A stretch of DNA of 64,000 bases, taken from the NCBI GenBank assembly GCA_051252375.1, contig JBPOFY010000003.1, positions 160,001 to 224,000 on the forward strand, given 5' to 3'. The position numbers and the translations under genes are program-made. Below the pieces are notes generated by a model. That model was not told where the DNA came from. It worked only from the letters and a program-made list of their open reading frames with translations, and made no database searches. This document shows positions 53,202 to 63,249 of the stretch, piece after piece (positions within the stretch are counted from its first letter, which is position 1; each line of letters begins with the position of its first letter). Source of the stretch: Opitutaceae bacterium (GTDB taxonomy: Bacteria; Verrucomicrobiota; Verrucomicrobiia; Opitutales; Coraliomargaritaceae).

Positions 53202-55769
53202 ATGGCGTCTACTTCTGCTTTACCGATTTACGAGGTCGCCGACCAGATCGTCGATGGGCTTGCTGCGCATGGTCGAGTGGTCCTCAGTGCGCCAACCGGT
53301 TCCGGTAAGTCGACTCAAGTGCCACAAATCTTAATTGATCGTGCGGGTATTGAAGGGGAAATCGTTGTGTTACAGCCTCGTCGATTGGCTGCGCGATTAT
53401 TAGCGAAGCGAGTCGCCCAGGAACGTGGCGGCAAACTTGGTGAGGAAGTGGGCTACCAAATCCGTTTTGAGAATGTCATCAGCTCTCGCACGCGCATACG
53501 CTTCGTCACAGAAGCCATTCTCCTACGTCAAATCTTGGAAGACCCTAGCTTGAAAGGTGTCGGGGCTGTTGTGTTTGATGAGTTTCACGAGCGCCATTTA
53601 ACCAGTGATTTGAGTATCTCCTGTGCTTTACAGGCGGTGCAAACTGTTCGATCGGATCTGAAGCTAGTCGTGATGTCGGCCACGCTGGATGTGGAGCGAC
53701 TAGAGACTTATTTGCAGCCATGCGCGCGTATTGAAGCATCCGGGAGAATGTATCCTGTCGAGATGCGTTATATGGGTGCAGCCTTGAATCGAGATGCCGC
53801 TCCAGTGTGGGAAAGAGCCGCTGCCGCTTTTCGGCAACAGTGTCGCTCAACTACTGAAACGGGCGATGTGTTGGTGTTTATGCCTGGGGCATTTGAAATA
53901 CGTAAGACGATCGACGCGATTCAGGGCCTATCAGAGTCAAAAGACTACGAGGTATTGCCTTTGCACGGAGAGTTGTCGCCTGATGCGCAAGACCGTGCGG
54001 TGAGTAGTAGTGGTCGACCTAAAGTGATCGTGTCCACCAACGTCGCTGAAACCTCGATCACGATTGAAGGCGTCAGAACTGTGATCGATAGCGGCCTAGC
54101 TAGGATCGCTCGATACGATGCACGGCGTGGCATTAACGCCATATTGGTTGAGCCAATCAGTCGCGCTTCCGCTGAGCAGCGGGCAGGGCGAGCAGGGCGA
54201 ACGGGGCCTGGCACTTGTCTTCGCCTTTGGAGCGAAGCTGAGCATGTGGCTCGTGCGGAGCGCGATACGCCCGAAGTGAGGCGGGTCGATCTGTCTGAAA
54301 CTTTACTGATGTTGGCTGCTGCGGATATTGCGCAGCCCGAGAATTTTGCATGGTTTGAATCGCCGGATCCACATGCTTTAGCCAAAGCGGGCGAGTTGCT
54401 GCATGACCTAGGTGCTTTGGATGCTGAGGGAGCGATTACTGCGCTTGGCCGACAGATGGCACGTTTCCCCTTACATCCGCGTTATGCGCGTATGTTGATT
54501 GAGGCGGACCGCTTGCAGGTATTGGAAGCGGTGGCTTTGATTGCGGGGTTGAGTCAGGGGCGGTCGATTTATCGTGTGGCTCGAGACAAGCGAGTGCGTC
54601 AGGCGCAAATGGATCAGATCGAAGATCTTGCGGATACGCGCTCGGACTTTTTTGTGCATCTAAAGGCTTGGGAGTTTGCTCAGTCGACAAGGTTCAACCC
54701 ATCCGCATGTGCGGGGTTAGGCATACACGGTGCATCGGCTCGTCAAGCAGGCGAGGTGGCGCGTCAATTGATGAACGTTGCGCAACGCGTTGGGCTCGGG
54801 CGAGCGGCTGATTTAGATGATGCGAATCGCGAAACATTGGAGACTCGCATCTGCCAATGCCTACTCGCGGGTTTTTCAGACCACTTGGCGAAGCGTAATG
54901 ATCGCGGGACCTATCGTTGTCGTATGGTGCATGGTCGGTCTGGCGAGCTGCGGCGTGAAACCGTAGTGGAGAGCGAACTCTTAGTAGCCGCAGAGATTGA
55001 AGAGCGCGATGTGCGAGGCGATGTCACCGTGCTACTAGGCATGGCCACCGCCGTTGAGTTTGCTTGGTTAGATGCTATTTTTCCCGAGGATTTTAGTGAT
55101 GAGGCTTTGACTACTTATGATCCGCAGCTCCGCCGTGTGGTTTGCCGCAGTGAGCGGCGTTTTCGTGATTTAGTATTGGAATCAACTGATCGGGGAGAGC
55201 CGGATGTGGATCAAGCTGCCACTTTATTGGCGACCGAAGTGACCGAAGGGCGATTGTTGCTCAAAGCATGGGACAGCTCGGTCGAGCAATGGATCGCACG
55301 GTTGAACTTTGTCGCCAAGCATTGCCCGGAAACCGAAATTGCCCCGATCGATACTGAGGCGAGGCAGCTCTTAACCGAGCAAATTTGCCACGGAGCACTC
55401 AGCTACAAAGAAATCAAAGATCGAGCCGTGCTACCCTCGGTAAAAGAATGGATCAGCCCCGAACAGCACTATTACATTGATACCTATGCACCCGCCACGA
55501 TGGAGCTGCCACGCCGCCGAAATCCTGCGAAGATTCGCTACGAGGAAGATGGTCGTGCATTCATCGCCTCAAAGTTGCAGGATTTCTATGACGTTCCCGG
55601 AAGCAGCTTAAAAGTCGCCAACGGAAAAGTCGCCTTATTGGTCGAGCTGCTCGCCCCCAATCAAAGGCCAGCGCATTTGACCGACGACCTAGATGGCTTT
55701 TGGGACGGCGCGTATCATCACGTCCGCAAAGAACTCGCTGGCCGCTATCCTAAGCACGAGTGGCGATAG
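53202..55769 (+). CDS. hrpB: ATP-dependent RNA helicase HrpB
   Basis: APTGSGKST, QPRRLAAR, DEFHER, MSATL, TNVAETSITI, QRAGRAGR; C-terminal FW.GAY..VRKELAGRYPKHEW. Confidence 0.96.
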   Translation: MASTSALPIYEVADQIVDGLAAHGRVVLSAPTGSGKSTQVPQILIDRAGIEGEIVVLQPRRLAARLLAKRVAQERGGKLGEEVGYQIRFENVISSRTRIRFVTEAILLRQILEDPSLKGVGAVVFDEFHERHLTSDLSISCALQAVQTVRSDLKLVVMSATLDVERLETYLQPCARIEASGRMYPVEMRYMGAALNRDAAPVWERAAAAFRQQCRSTTETGDVLVFMPGAFEIRKTIDAIQGLSESKDYEVLPLHGELSPDAQDRAVSSSGRPKVIVSTNVAETSITIEGVRTVIDSGLARIARYDARRGINAILVEPISRASAEQRAGRAGRTGPGTCLRLWSEAEHVARAERDTPEVRRVDLSETLLMLAAADIAQPENFAWFESPDPHALAKAGELLHDLGALDAEGAITALGRQMARFPLHPRYARMLIEADRLQVLEAVALIAGLSQGRSIYRVARDKRVRQAQMDQIEDLADTRSDFFVHLKAWEFAQSTRFNPSACAGLGIHGASARQAGEVARQLMNVAQRVGLGRAADLDDANRETLETRICQCLLAGFSDHLAKRNDRGTYRCRMVHGRSGELRRETVVESELLVAAEIEERDVRGDVTVLLGMATAVEFAWLDAIFPEDFSDEALTTYDPQLRRVVCRSERRFRDLVLESTDRGEPDVDQAATLLATEVTEGRLLLKAWDSSVEQWIARLNFVAKHCPETEIAPIDTEARQLLTEQICHGALSYKEIKDRAVLPSVKEWISPEQHYYIDTYAPATMELPRRRNPAKIRYEEDGRAFIASKLQDFYDVPGSSLKVANGKVALLVELLAPNQRPAHLTDDLDGFWDGAYHHVRKELAGRYPKHEWR

Positions 55770-55907
55770 GAGTGTGGCAGATATTATGCCGCATGTTTAT
55801 TGTGCTTATTCAGGATTATTATGTAGGGTGGTCATTGCCGAGCATTGCTCTTTAATGATGAACAATCACATTTTGATAATTACTTTGCTGGCACAGCACT
55901 TTTTTTA

Positions 55908-57251
55908 ATGAGCGCTCCATATTTATTTCGCTGCTTCTTTGCTGCGCTACTCTTCGTTTGTGTTGGTAACGCACAAGAGTGGCGAGTGTGGAAGGATCAG
56001 GAGAACCGTAGCATTGAAGCGCAGATAGTTGCTGTGTCAGATGGAACGGTTTCGATTCGAAAGCGAGATGGGTTAACGTATGAAATTTCGCTTAATTCGT
56101 TGAGTGTAACTGATCAAACCTATGTGCATGAGTTTACTGCATCTGATAGATCATCGACAGATGCTCATTCGGTTTATCCAGAATTCAGTTGGGATCGTAT
56201 TCCTCTGTATATGCATATCCGTAAAGACAATGCTTACACTGATGAGGAAATATCCTTTATTGCGAAATTTCCTTTGATCACTTTTGAGAAGTCGAATGGT
56301 CATAAATCCTTCGGTTCGACGGAGGAGGGGACTTTGGTTGCCGCTCGTAAGGTAAAGGAACTGAATCAACGGGCAAAGATACTCTATTATCGGAATGTGT
56401 TGGTTCACTACGGAAGTTACGCTGCCAATGAAATTTTAAGCCAGATCCCCGGAGCTTTGCTCGGAGATAAAGAGGGGAACGAACGGCTGGTTCGCAACAA
56501 GGTTCCGGCATATGACTTGTCCAATGAGCAAGTGCGCAAATGGTGGGTGGATCAATGTCAGCGAATGACTGACGACCCTGCTATTGATGGGGTGTTTTTT
56601 GACGGTAACGTTAAGGCACTGGAGCCGGGGTATCTGCGCCGTGAAATTGGTCAGGAGAAAAAAGAGCAGGTGGAGGCTGGCTATAAGCAGATGATGCAGC
56701 AGACCCGCGAAGCAATTGGCTCCGACAAGCTAATGATTGCCAATATTCTGCGAGCACGTTTCGAGGAAGGTGGGCTTGAATACATACATTACTTCGATGG
56801 CTCTTACCTTGAAGGCTTTTTTCATAATGTTGGGCGGGTGAGTTATGAGGACTACGTTGCTGAGGGGATCGCCACGATGCAGCAGGCGGCGCGAGCCGGT
56901 AAGATCATCGCTTTTACTTCAAGTTTATCTATGTCGGCCGATGCGGGCACGATGGGTATTGACGAGGTGCATGGGCAAGCGGAATCAGATTTACAAGCGC
57001 AGGAGGCGCTCACCTATACCTTGGCGATTTTTCTAGTTTGTGCCGAGGAATACAGCTATTTCAGAGCGCATGAAGGTTATTCAGCTAATGGCAATAAGCG
57101 TTGGATGCGTTGGTTTGCGGAATATGATAAACCCCTAGGACTACCGAAAGGACCCGCGAAACAGGACGGCTTCAAGTATACCAGAAGCTTTGAGCATGCG
57201 ACCGTGTCTGTCGATATACAGCAGCGCACTGCAGATATACAATGGCACTAG
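55908..57251 (+). CDS. Secreted SHD1-domain + GH168-like (GHL15-type) glycoside hydrolase, putative endo-fucanase
   Basis: Signal peptide; SHD1-like WKD..RSIEA...IRKRDG...ISLNSLSVTDQTYV; catalytic part PEFSWDRIP, ITFEK, KILYYRN, DGVFFDG, YLEGF, PLG.PKG.A, YTRSFEHA.V.VD. Family recognised from memory, not by HMM. Confidence 0.65.
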   Translation: MSAPYLFRCFFAALLFVCVGNAQEWRVWKDQENRSIEAQIVAVSDGTVSIRKRDGLTYEISLNSLSVTDQTYVHEFTASDRSSTDAHSVYPEFSWDRIPLYMHIRKDNAYTDEEISFIAKFPLITFEKSNGHKSFGSTEEGTLVAARKVKELNQRAKILYYRNVLVHYGSYAANEILSQIPGALLGDKEGNERLVRNKVPAYDLSNEQVRKWWVDQCQRMTDDPAIDGVFFDGNVKALEPGYLRREIGQEKKEQVEAGYKQMMQQTREAIGSDKLMIANILRARFEEGGLEYIHYFDGSYLEGFFHNVGRVSYEDYVAEGIATMQQAARAGKIIAFTSSLSMSADAGTMGIDEVHGQAESDLQAQEALTYTLAIFLVCAEEYSYFRAHEGYSANGNKRWMRWFAEYDKPLGLPKGPAKQDGFKYTRSFEHATVSVDIQQRTADIQWH

Positions 57252-57364
57252 CACATGTGTTGAAAGGTTCGAGAATTGCTTCAGTCGTGCTCCTAATCTA
57301 TCACTTAAACAGGCGATAGCGCTCTTTTGGTTTTTCGGCTACAATCCAATATTTATAACAGAGC

Positions 57365-58768
57365 ATGTATAAACAATTCACATATATCGTAGCCGGATTA
57401 CTTGCATTAGCTGCCTGGGCACAAGCCGGCACTGACGAGGCGAAGCCTAACATTATTCTCATCTTCGCCGATGATCTCGGATTCGGCGATGTGGGCTGCT
57501 ATGGTTCTACCTTGAAGACTCCGGAACTGGATCGTCTGGCTGCAGAAGGCTTACGCTCTATGGACTGTCTGGTCGGGGCGAATGTTTGCGGACCCTCACG
57601 TGCTGCACTGATGACAGGGCGCTACCCAATGCGTGCGGGACATCCGATATCGAGGCACCCAACGGAAAAATACGCTCAGTATGGTATCGCCCCAGAGGAA
57701 GTCACCATGCCTGAACTGCTCAAGGCGGCGGGCTATACCACGAAGATGGTCGGCAAGTGGCACCTAGGCTTTCACGTAGAAGGGTCCCATCCGCTGGACG
57801 CAGGATTCGATGACTATCTGGGACTCCACAGTAACTACAGCACGGTTAAAGATCGTGTGGATGAACGAACCATTTATCGGAACAGAGACGCAGTCGATAT
57901 TGATGTCCCATTCACTTTAGTGACGAAGCTATACACCGACGAGGTGGTCAACTTTATCAAAGAAGAACACGAACAGCCTTTCTTTATCTACTTCTCGCAT
58001 CACATCGCGCATTCACCAATACTTCCCAGTAAGCCCTTCAAAGGCAGCACCGGGAAGAAGCAGGGTGGTGTCTACGGCGATTTTGTTCTGGAACTTGATC
58101 ACAGTGTGGGTCGTGTGAGGGCGGCGGTCGAAGAGGCTGGGCTAAGCGAAAATACATTGATCGTTTTTCTTTCCGATAACGGCCCTGCTAAAAGCGGCTC
58201 CGCTAAACCTCTGAGTGGTGGCAAGTATGTCACGATGGAGGGCGGTCATCGTGTGCCGGCGATCTTCTCTTGGCCGGGGCAGATCCCTCCCGGGCAAGTC
58301 TCTGATGCCATGATTACGAGTATGGATTTATTACCTCTGTTTTGTGATGTGGCGGGTGCCGATTTACCCATCGATGTGACGCTCGACGGGAAAAATATTA
58401 TCGACCTACTGACGGGCAAGATTGATCAAAGTCCCCACGCGTATTTTTACTACTATAACGGGGTGAATCTACAAGGTGTCCGTAATGAGCAATGGAAGCT
58501 ACAGCTGCCACGCACCATTCAGGATCAACCGTATTGGGCGAAGAAGGGCGCTGGCCCGCGAAAGCCGTATCTGTCGTTGAAGGAACCGCTCTTGTTTAAT
58601 CTGGACGCCGATGTCGGCGAAAAGAAAAACGTCATCGCGCAGCACCCTGAAGTGACAGATGAGCTAATGAAACAAGCGGAGCGTGCGCGCAAAGAAATTG
58701 GCGATATTGATATTGTTGGGACCGATCAGCGTCCGCATGGACTGCCGAATCCGCAGAATAAGGACTGA
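57365..58768 (+). CDS. Sulfatase (family S1, Cys-type formylglycine)
   Basis: Signal peptide, PNIILIFADDLG, CGPSRAALMTGRY, GKWHLG, SDNG, EGGHRVP. Confidence 0.95.
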   Translation: MYKQFTYIVAGLLALAAWAQAGTDEAKPNIILIFADDLGFGDVGCYGSTLKTPELDRLAAEGLRSMDCLVGANVCGPSRAALMTGRYPMRAGHPISRHPTEKYAQYGIAPEEVTMPELLKAAGYTTKMVGKWHLGFHVEGSHPLDAGFDDYLGLHSNYSTVKDRVDERTIYRNRDAVDIDVPFTLVTKLYTDEVVNFIKEEHEQPFFIYFSHHIAHSPILPSKPFKGSTGKKQGGVYGDFVLELDHSVGRVRAAVEEAGLSENTLIVFLSDNGPAKSGSAKPLSGGKYVTMEGGHRVPAIFSWPGQIPPGQVSDAMITSMDLLPLFCDVAGADLPIDVTLDGKNIIDLLTGKIDQSPHAYFYYYNGVNLQGVRNEQWKLQLPRTIQDQPYWAKKGAGPRKPYLSLKEPLLFNLDADVGEKKNVIAQHPEVTDELMKQAERARKEIGDIDIVGTDQRPHGLPNPQNKD

Positions 58769-58881
58769 GTCCAACACCACTAGAATCGATTAAACACGCT
58801 ATTTACGCTTTGTGTCTAAATGTTACCATGGCATGGTATTGATTCTACGATTCAGATACACGGTTTTACGCCAATACCTTC

Positions 58882-60228
58882 ATGAAATTACCCCATATAC
58901 TCCTTTCGAGTCTTCTTGCAGTCTCTTCAATTTTTGCTGCGTCAAAGCCAAATGTGATTCTCATTTATACCGACGACCTCGGTTATGGTGACTTGGGTTG
59001 CTACGGTGCTAAGGGCTACGAGACACCGGAGCTCGATCGCATGGCGCAGGAGGGTATGCGCTTTACTGATTTTTCGACATCGAGCTCGATCTGCACGCCA
59101 TCGCGCGCGGGGCTGCTGACGGGGCGCTACGCCAAGCGCTGGGGGCACAATGGCAGAGTATATTTTCCAGACAGTGAAGATGGCATGCCGCCGTCTGAAA
59201 TCACCATTGCCGAGCTCTTAAAGGAAGTGGGTTACCAAACCGCACTCATTGGAAAATGGCACTTGGGTCACCTCCCAAAGTATCTACCCACAGCGCAGGG
59301 CTTTGATCTGTATTATGGTATTCCCTACAGTAATGACATGTGGCAGGCGCCTGAAATTCCGCTGGCTAAGAATGTCGTCTTCAATGAAGGGTTCGGACCA
59401 AAGCAGTATGCTGAAGGAAGCCGGAAAAACAAAAAACTGTATCAGGACAAAATGCCTCTCATGTTGGGCAATGAAGTGATCGAATGGCCGGTCGATCAGA
59501 GATTGCTGACGCGCAAGTATACTGAGAAGGCGCAGGCGTTTATTCAGGACAACAAGGAGCAACCATTCTTTCTCTATCTCGCGCACAGCATGCCACACGT
59601 GCCGCTGTATGTGTCTGACGCATTCGACGGTAAAAGTGAGCGCGGTGTGTTCGGTGATGTGGTAGAAGAGCTCGACTGGTCAGTCGGGCAATTGTTGCAA
59701 ACGTTAAAGGATGCCGGAATCGCAGAAAACACACTGGTGATCTTCACCTCAGATAATGGTCCTTGGCTCTCTAAGAAGGAAGCCGCCGGCACGGCCGCTC
59801 CGCTACGAGAGGGCAAGTTTACCGATTACGAAGGTGGCTGCCGCGTGCCTACGATCATGTGGCAACCAGGAACGGTTCCAGCTGGAGTAGTCTGCGATGT
59901 GCAAACATCGACATTGGACATGCTGCCGACAATTGCAGCTTTGGCCGAAGCCTCCGTGCCGCAGGATCGTGTCATTGATGGTTTTGATATACGTGCCGTG
60001 TTGAACGGTGACTTTAAGGAAGCACCAAAGCGCGACTTCTCTCTCTATCGTAGCGACAACTCCATTCGAGTCGGCGATTGGAAATATATGAAAATTAAGA
60101 ATGGCGCACAGCTTTTCAATTTGGCTAAAGACGTCGGTGAAAAGAAAAACGTGATTAAAAAATATCCGGAGAAGGCCGAAGAACTTTCGCGTCGCTTGGC
60201 GGAAGTGAATGCTCAGATGAAACCTTAG
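58882..60228 (+). CDS. Sulfatase (family S1)
   Basis: Signal peptide, CTPSRAGLLTGRY, GKWHLG, GIPYSNDM, HSMPHVP. Confidence 0.95.
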   Translation: MKLPHILLSSLLAVSSIFAASKPNVILIYTDDLGYGDLGCYGAKGYETPELDRMAQEGMRFTDFSTSSSICTPSRAGLLTGRYAKRWGHNGRVYFPDSEDGMPPSEITIAELLKEVGYQTALIGKWHLGHLPKYLPTAQGFDLYYGIPYSNDMWQAPEIPLAKNVVFNEGFGPKQYAEGSRKNKKLYQDKMPLMLGNEVIEWPVDQRLLTRKYTEKAQAFIQDNKEQPFFLYLAHSMPHVPLYVSDAFDGKSERGVFGDVVEELDWSVGQLLQTLKDAGIAENTLVIFTSDNGPWLSKKEAAGTAAPLREGKFTDYEGGCRVPTIMWQPGTVPAGVVCDVQTSTLDMLPTIAALAEASVPQDRVIDGFDIRAVLNGDFKEAPKRDFSLYRSDNSIRVGDWKYMKIKNGAQLFNLAKDVGEKKNVIKKYPEKAEELSRRLAEVNAQMKP

Positions 60229-60256
60229 TTCGAGCTACGGTTTTATAGAAATTAGG

Positions 60257-61666
60257 ATGCGAAAAACATATGCCATAATTATAGTTGGGCAGTTGATTGC
60301 ATTCACTTTGTCCATGCAGGCGAAGCAACCCAATTTCTTGATACTTCTCGCCGACGACATCAGTGCTACCAGTCTCGGTTGCTACGGTTCGGAGAATCCA
60401 AACACGTCACCGAATATCGATAAGCTGGCCGAAGAGGGCATTCGTTTCACCAACATGTTTGTGTCGGAAGCGATCTGCGCTCCAGCGCGGGCGGAGCTCT
60501 ATACGGGTCTTCAGCCACATCGTAACGGTGTCATGCAGAATCACATGGCCACCAATAAGGGGACTTTGAGTGTGGTGCAGCATCTCGAGAAGCTCGGTTA
60601 CCGTGTCGGGCTAACAGGGAAGACACATATTAAACCGCAGTTAGTCTATCCCTTTGAGAAAGTGAAGGGCTTTCCTCCAGGCTGCAATGCGAGGAATGTG
60701 CCGCCTGCTGAATGGGATGGAGTCGAGAGCTTCATTACGCGTGATACGGAGCAACCGTTCTGCCTTTTCATCTGCTCGATTCACGCACACGCACCTTGGG
60801 ACTCTGGCGATACTTCACCTTGGGAGCTTGATGCGCTGAAGCTACCACCACATCTCGTAGACACTCCGGAGACTCGACATTACTTTCGCGAATATCTAGC
60901 CGAAGTTCGACTCTTTGATGACGAGGTCGGTCAGGCGCGGTCATTGTTAGAGAAACTTAATTTGGATGAAAACACTGTGTTGATTGTGTTGGATGAAAAT
61001 GGTGCCGGTATGCCGGGTGGCAAGTGGACCAACTTCGACTGGGGTGTGCGCTCGGCTTGTTTAATCAAGTGGCCGGGTCTAGACTCGGGGTCGATGGTGA
61101 CCGATGCAGTCGCTCAGTATTGCGATATCCTGCCAACTCTGATCGATGCCGCTGGTGGCGAAGTGCCGTCGGACCTGGACGGCAAGAGCTTGCTTCCGCT
61201 AATTAAGGGTGAGCGCAAGACACATAGAGACAAAGCATTTTTCACCTATACTAGCGGCGCCGAGGGACCCCCATTCGTTTCGCGTGCGACAACGGACGGC
61301 CGCTACAAGCTTATCTGGAACAAAACACCCAACAACCTCTTTGCCGTGCGAACCATCAACGGGTTTGATTTCGGCTACGTGGATAAAATGAAGGACCGCC
61401 ACGTGCGCATGATGTATCTGTCTTGGTTGGACGCTGCGAAGAACGATCCCGATGCGGAGCAAGCCGTTCAGCGCTTTCGTAAGCATCCTGAGTTTCAATT
61501 GTATGACCTCTCACAGGATCCATGGGAGCAAAACAACTTGGCCAGCAACCCCGAGTATAAGGCACCGCTTCAGGAACTGAAGGCGTCCATATCGGTCTGG
61601 ATGGAAGCGCAGGGCGATGACGGGCTGCCGAGTGCAGATTCTAAAAATAACAAAAAGAAGAATTAA
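60257..61666 (+). CDS. Sulfatase (family S1, sulfamidase-like branch)
   Basis: LLADD, CAPARAELYTG, GKTH, HAPW; C-terminal LYDL..DPWE..NLA. Confidence 0.9.
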   Translation: MRKTYAIIIVGQLIAFTLSMQAKQPNFLILLADDISATSLGCYGSENPNTSPNIDKLAEEGIRFTNMFVSEAICAPARAELYTGLQPHRNGVMQNHMATNKGTLSVVQHLEKLGYRVGLTGKTHIKPQLVYPFEKVKGFPPGCNARNVPPAEWDGVESFITRDTEQPFCLFICSIHAHAPWDSGDTSPWELDALKLPPHLVDTPETRHYFREYLAEVRLFDDEVGQARSLLEKLNLDENTVLIVLDENGAGMPGGKWTNFDWGVRSACLIKWPGLDSGSMVTDAVAQYCDILPTLIDAAGGEVPSDLDGKSLLPLIKGERKTHRDKAFFTYTSGAEGPPFVSRATTDGRYKLIWNKTPNNLFAVRTINGFDFGYVDKMKDRHVRMMYLSWLDAAKNDPDAEQAVQRFRKHPEFQLYDLSQDPWEQNNLASNPEYKAPLQELKASISVWMEAQGDDGLPSADSKNNKKKN

Positions 61667-61670
61667 TTAT

Positions 61671-63149
61671 ATGAAACCCAGAATTTCAAACTTACTAGTC
61701 ACACTGGTGGCGATGCTTTCGCTGACAGTTTCCACCATGGCAGAGACTGCGGCGAAAAAGCCCAACGTTATTTTCATCTTGATGGATGACATGGGCTACA
61801 GTGATGTCAGTTGCTATGGCGCGACCAAGGTCAGCACGCCGAACATCGACCGCATGGCGGAGGAGGGGATGAAGTTTACTGATTTCCACACAGGGGCTTC
61901 GATTTGCTCGCCGTCACGTGCAGCATTTTTGACGGGTGCGTATCCGCAACGTGCAGGGCTCTACATGGGCATTAATCAAAAACGAGAAGCTCACTGGTTC
62001 TTGGGTTTGAATCCGGATGAAATCACCCTCGCGGAACAGTTTAAACAAAAGGGCTATACCACCGCCATGGTCGGCAAGTGGCACCTCGGCAAAGAAGAAA
62101 AGTTTTCATATTTCAATCAGGGGTTTGATCACTATTACGGCGCGCCAGATAACATGGGGCACAATGCTGCGTTTTATGATGGTAGGGAAGTGATCTATAA
62201 AAGCACTCCGCTAGACAAGCTGACGACCCTCTACACCGAACGGATGGTGAAACATATTGAAGACTTTAAAGATGAGCCCTTCTTTATCTATTTCGCGCAC
62301 AACTACCCGCACACGCCTTTTAAAGCGGGTCCAGACTTCAAGAAGTCCTCCAAGGACGGCGTTCGAGGCGATATCATTCAAGAGGCCGATTGGGGTATCG
62401 GTGAAATACTAAAGGCGCTAGAAGATAACGGAATTTTAGAAAATACTTTGGTCATCTTCACTTCCGACAACGGCGCAACTTCAGCGGAATATTCGAAGCC
62501 TTACAGCGGCACCAAGTATGTGTCGCTCGAAGGGGGGCACCGTGTGCCGTTCATCCTGTATTGGAAGGGCAAGATACAGCCGGAGGTCTCGGATGTGCCG
62601 GTGATCGCAATGGATTTGTTTCCAACGCTGAGCGAGTTGATGGATGCGCCACTGCCGGAAGATCGAATTTACGATGGCGTCAGCTTGACTCCTTTGTTCG
62701 ATGGCGGGGAGATTGCCCGTAACCCGCAGGAGCCGTTCTTTTATTACAACTGCGAGAATCTACAATGCGTGCGTGTGGGAGATTGGAAGTTACACTTGCC
62801 GCGCACGAAGGAGCAGATGCCATGGTGGAGCACCGCTGCTGGCAAAGCGAAGTCGATCTCAACGCCGCAACTTTACAATCTGTCCACTGATGTCGGAGAA
62901 AAGGTCGATGTTGCCGCCCAGTATCCGGAGAAGGTTTCAGAGATGATGGCGTTGGCAGATCAGACACGCCTGAAATTAGGAGAATACATGGAGCGCGGTT
63001 CCGAGCAGCGTCCGACGGGCACGCTCTTTCCTGATGTGCCGATACTCAGTAATCATAATACGGAGTGGGCGAAGCTATCCGATGAAGAAAAGGGCCGTGC
63101 TAAAACAGAATTCAAGGTCGCGCATTCGCCTAAAAAGAAAAAGAAATAA
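61671..63149 (+). CDS. Sulfatase (family S1)
   Basis: Signal peptide from ATG 61671, CSPSRAAFLTG.YP, GKWHLG, HNYPHTP, EGGHRVP. Confidence 0.95.
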   Translation: MKPRISNLLVTLVAMLSLTVSTMAETAAKKPNVIFILMDDMGYSDVSCYGATKVSTPNIDRMAEEGMKFTDFHTGASICSPSRAAFLTGAYPQRAGLYMGINQKREAHWFLGLNPDEITLAEQFKQKGYTTAMVGKWHLGKEEKFSYFNQGFDHYYGAPDNMGHNAAFYDGREVIYKSTPLDKLTTLYTERMVKHIEDFKDEPFFIYFAHNYPHTPFKAGPDFKKSSKDGVRGDIIQEADWGIGEILKALEDNGILENTLVIFTSDNGATSAEYSKPYSGTKYVSLEGGHRVPFILYWKGKIQPEVSDVPVIAMDLFPTLSELMDAPLPEDRIYDGVSLTPLFDGGEIARNPQEPFFYYNCENLQCVRVGDWKLHLPRTKEQMPWWSTAAGKAKSISTPQLYNLSTDVGEKVDVAAQYPEKVSEMMALADQTRLKLGEYMERGSEQRPTGTLFPDVPILSNHNTEWAKLSDEEKGRAKTEFKVAHSPKKKKK

Positions 63150-63160
63150 ACTTAGCAAGG

Positions 63161-63187
63161 GGTAGGGATCGTTGTCCCCAACGATCC
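63161..63187. repeat. Single GTAG-type REP
   Basis: GGTAG-GGATCGTTG-TCCC-CAACGATCC; same GTCCC centre as the 5975-6070 arms. Confidence 0.65.
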
Positions 63188-63249
63188 GCTCAGTATTCGT
63201 TTAGCAACCCCATAGTGATACCAGTCTCAGCAATATAGAAATAAGCATT

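Noticed and set aside
58828..58843. TGGCATGGTATTGA as a sigma-54 promoter for the second sulfatase
   Set aside because: The spacing is one base short of GG-N10-GC and the -12 GC is absent.
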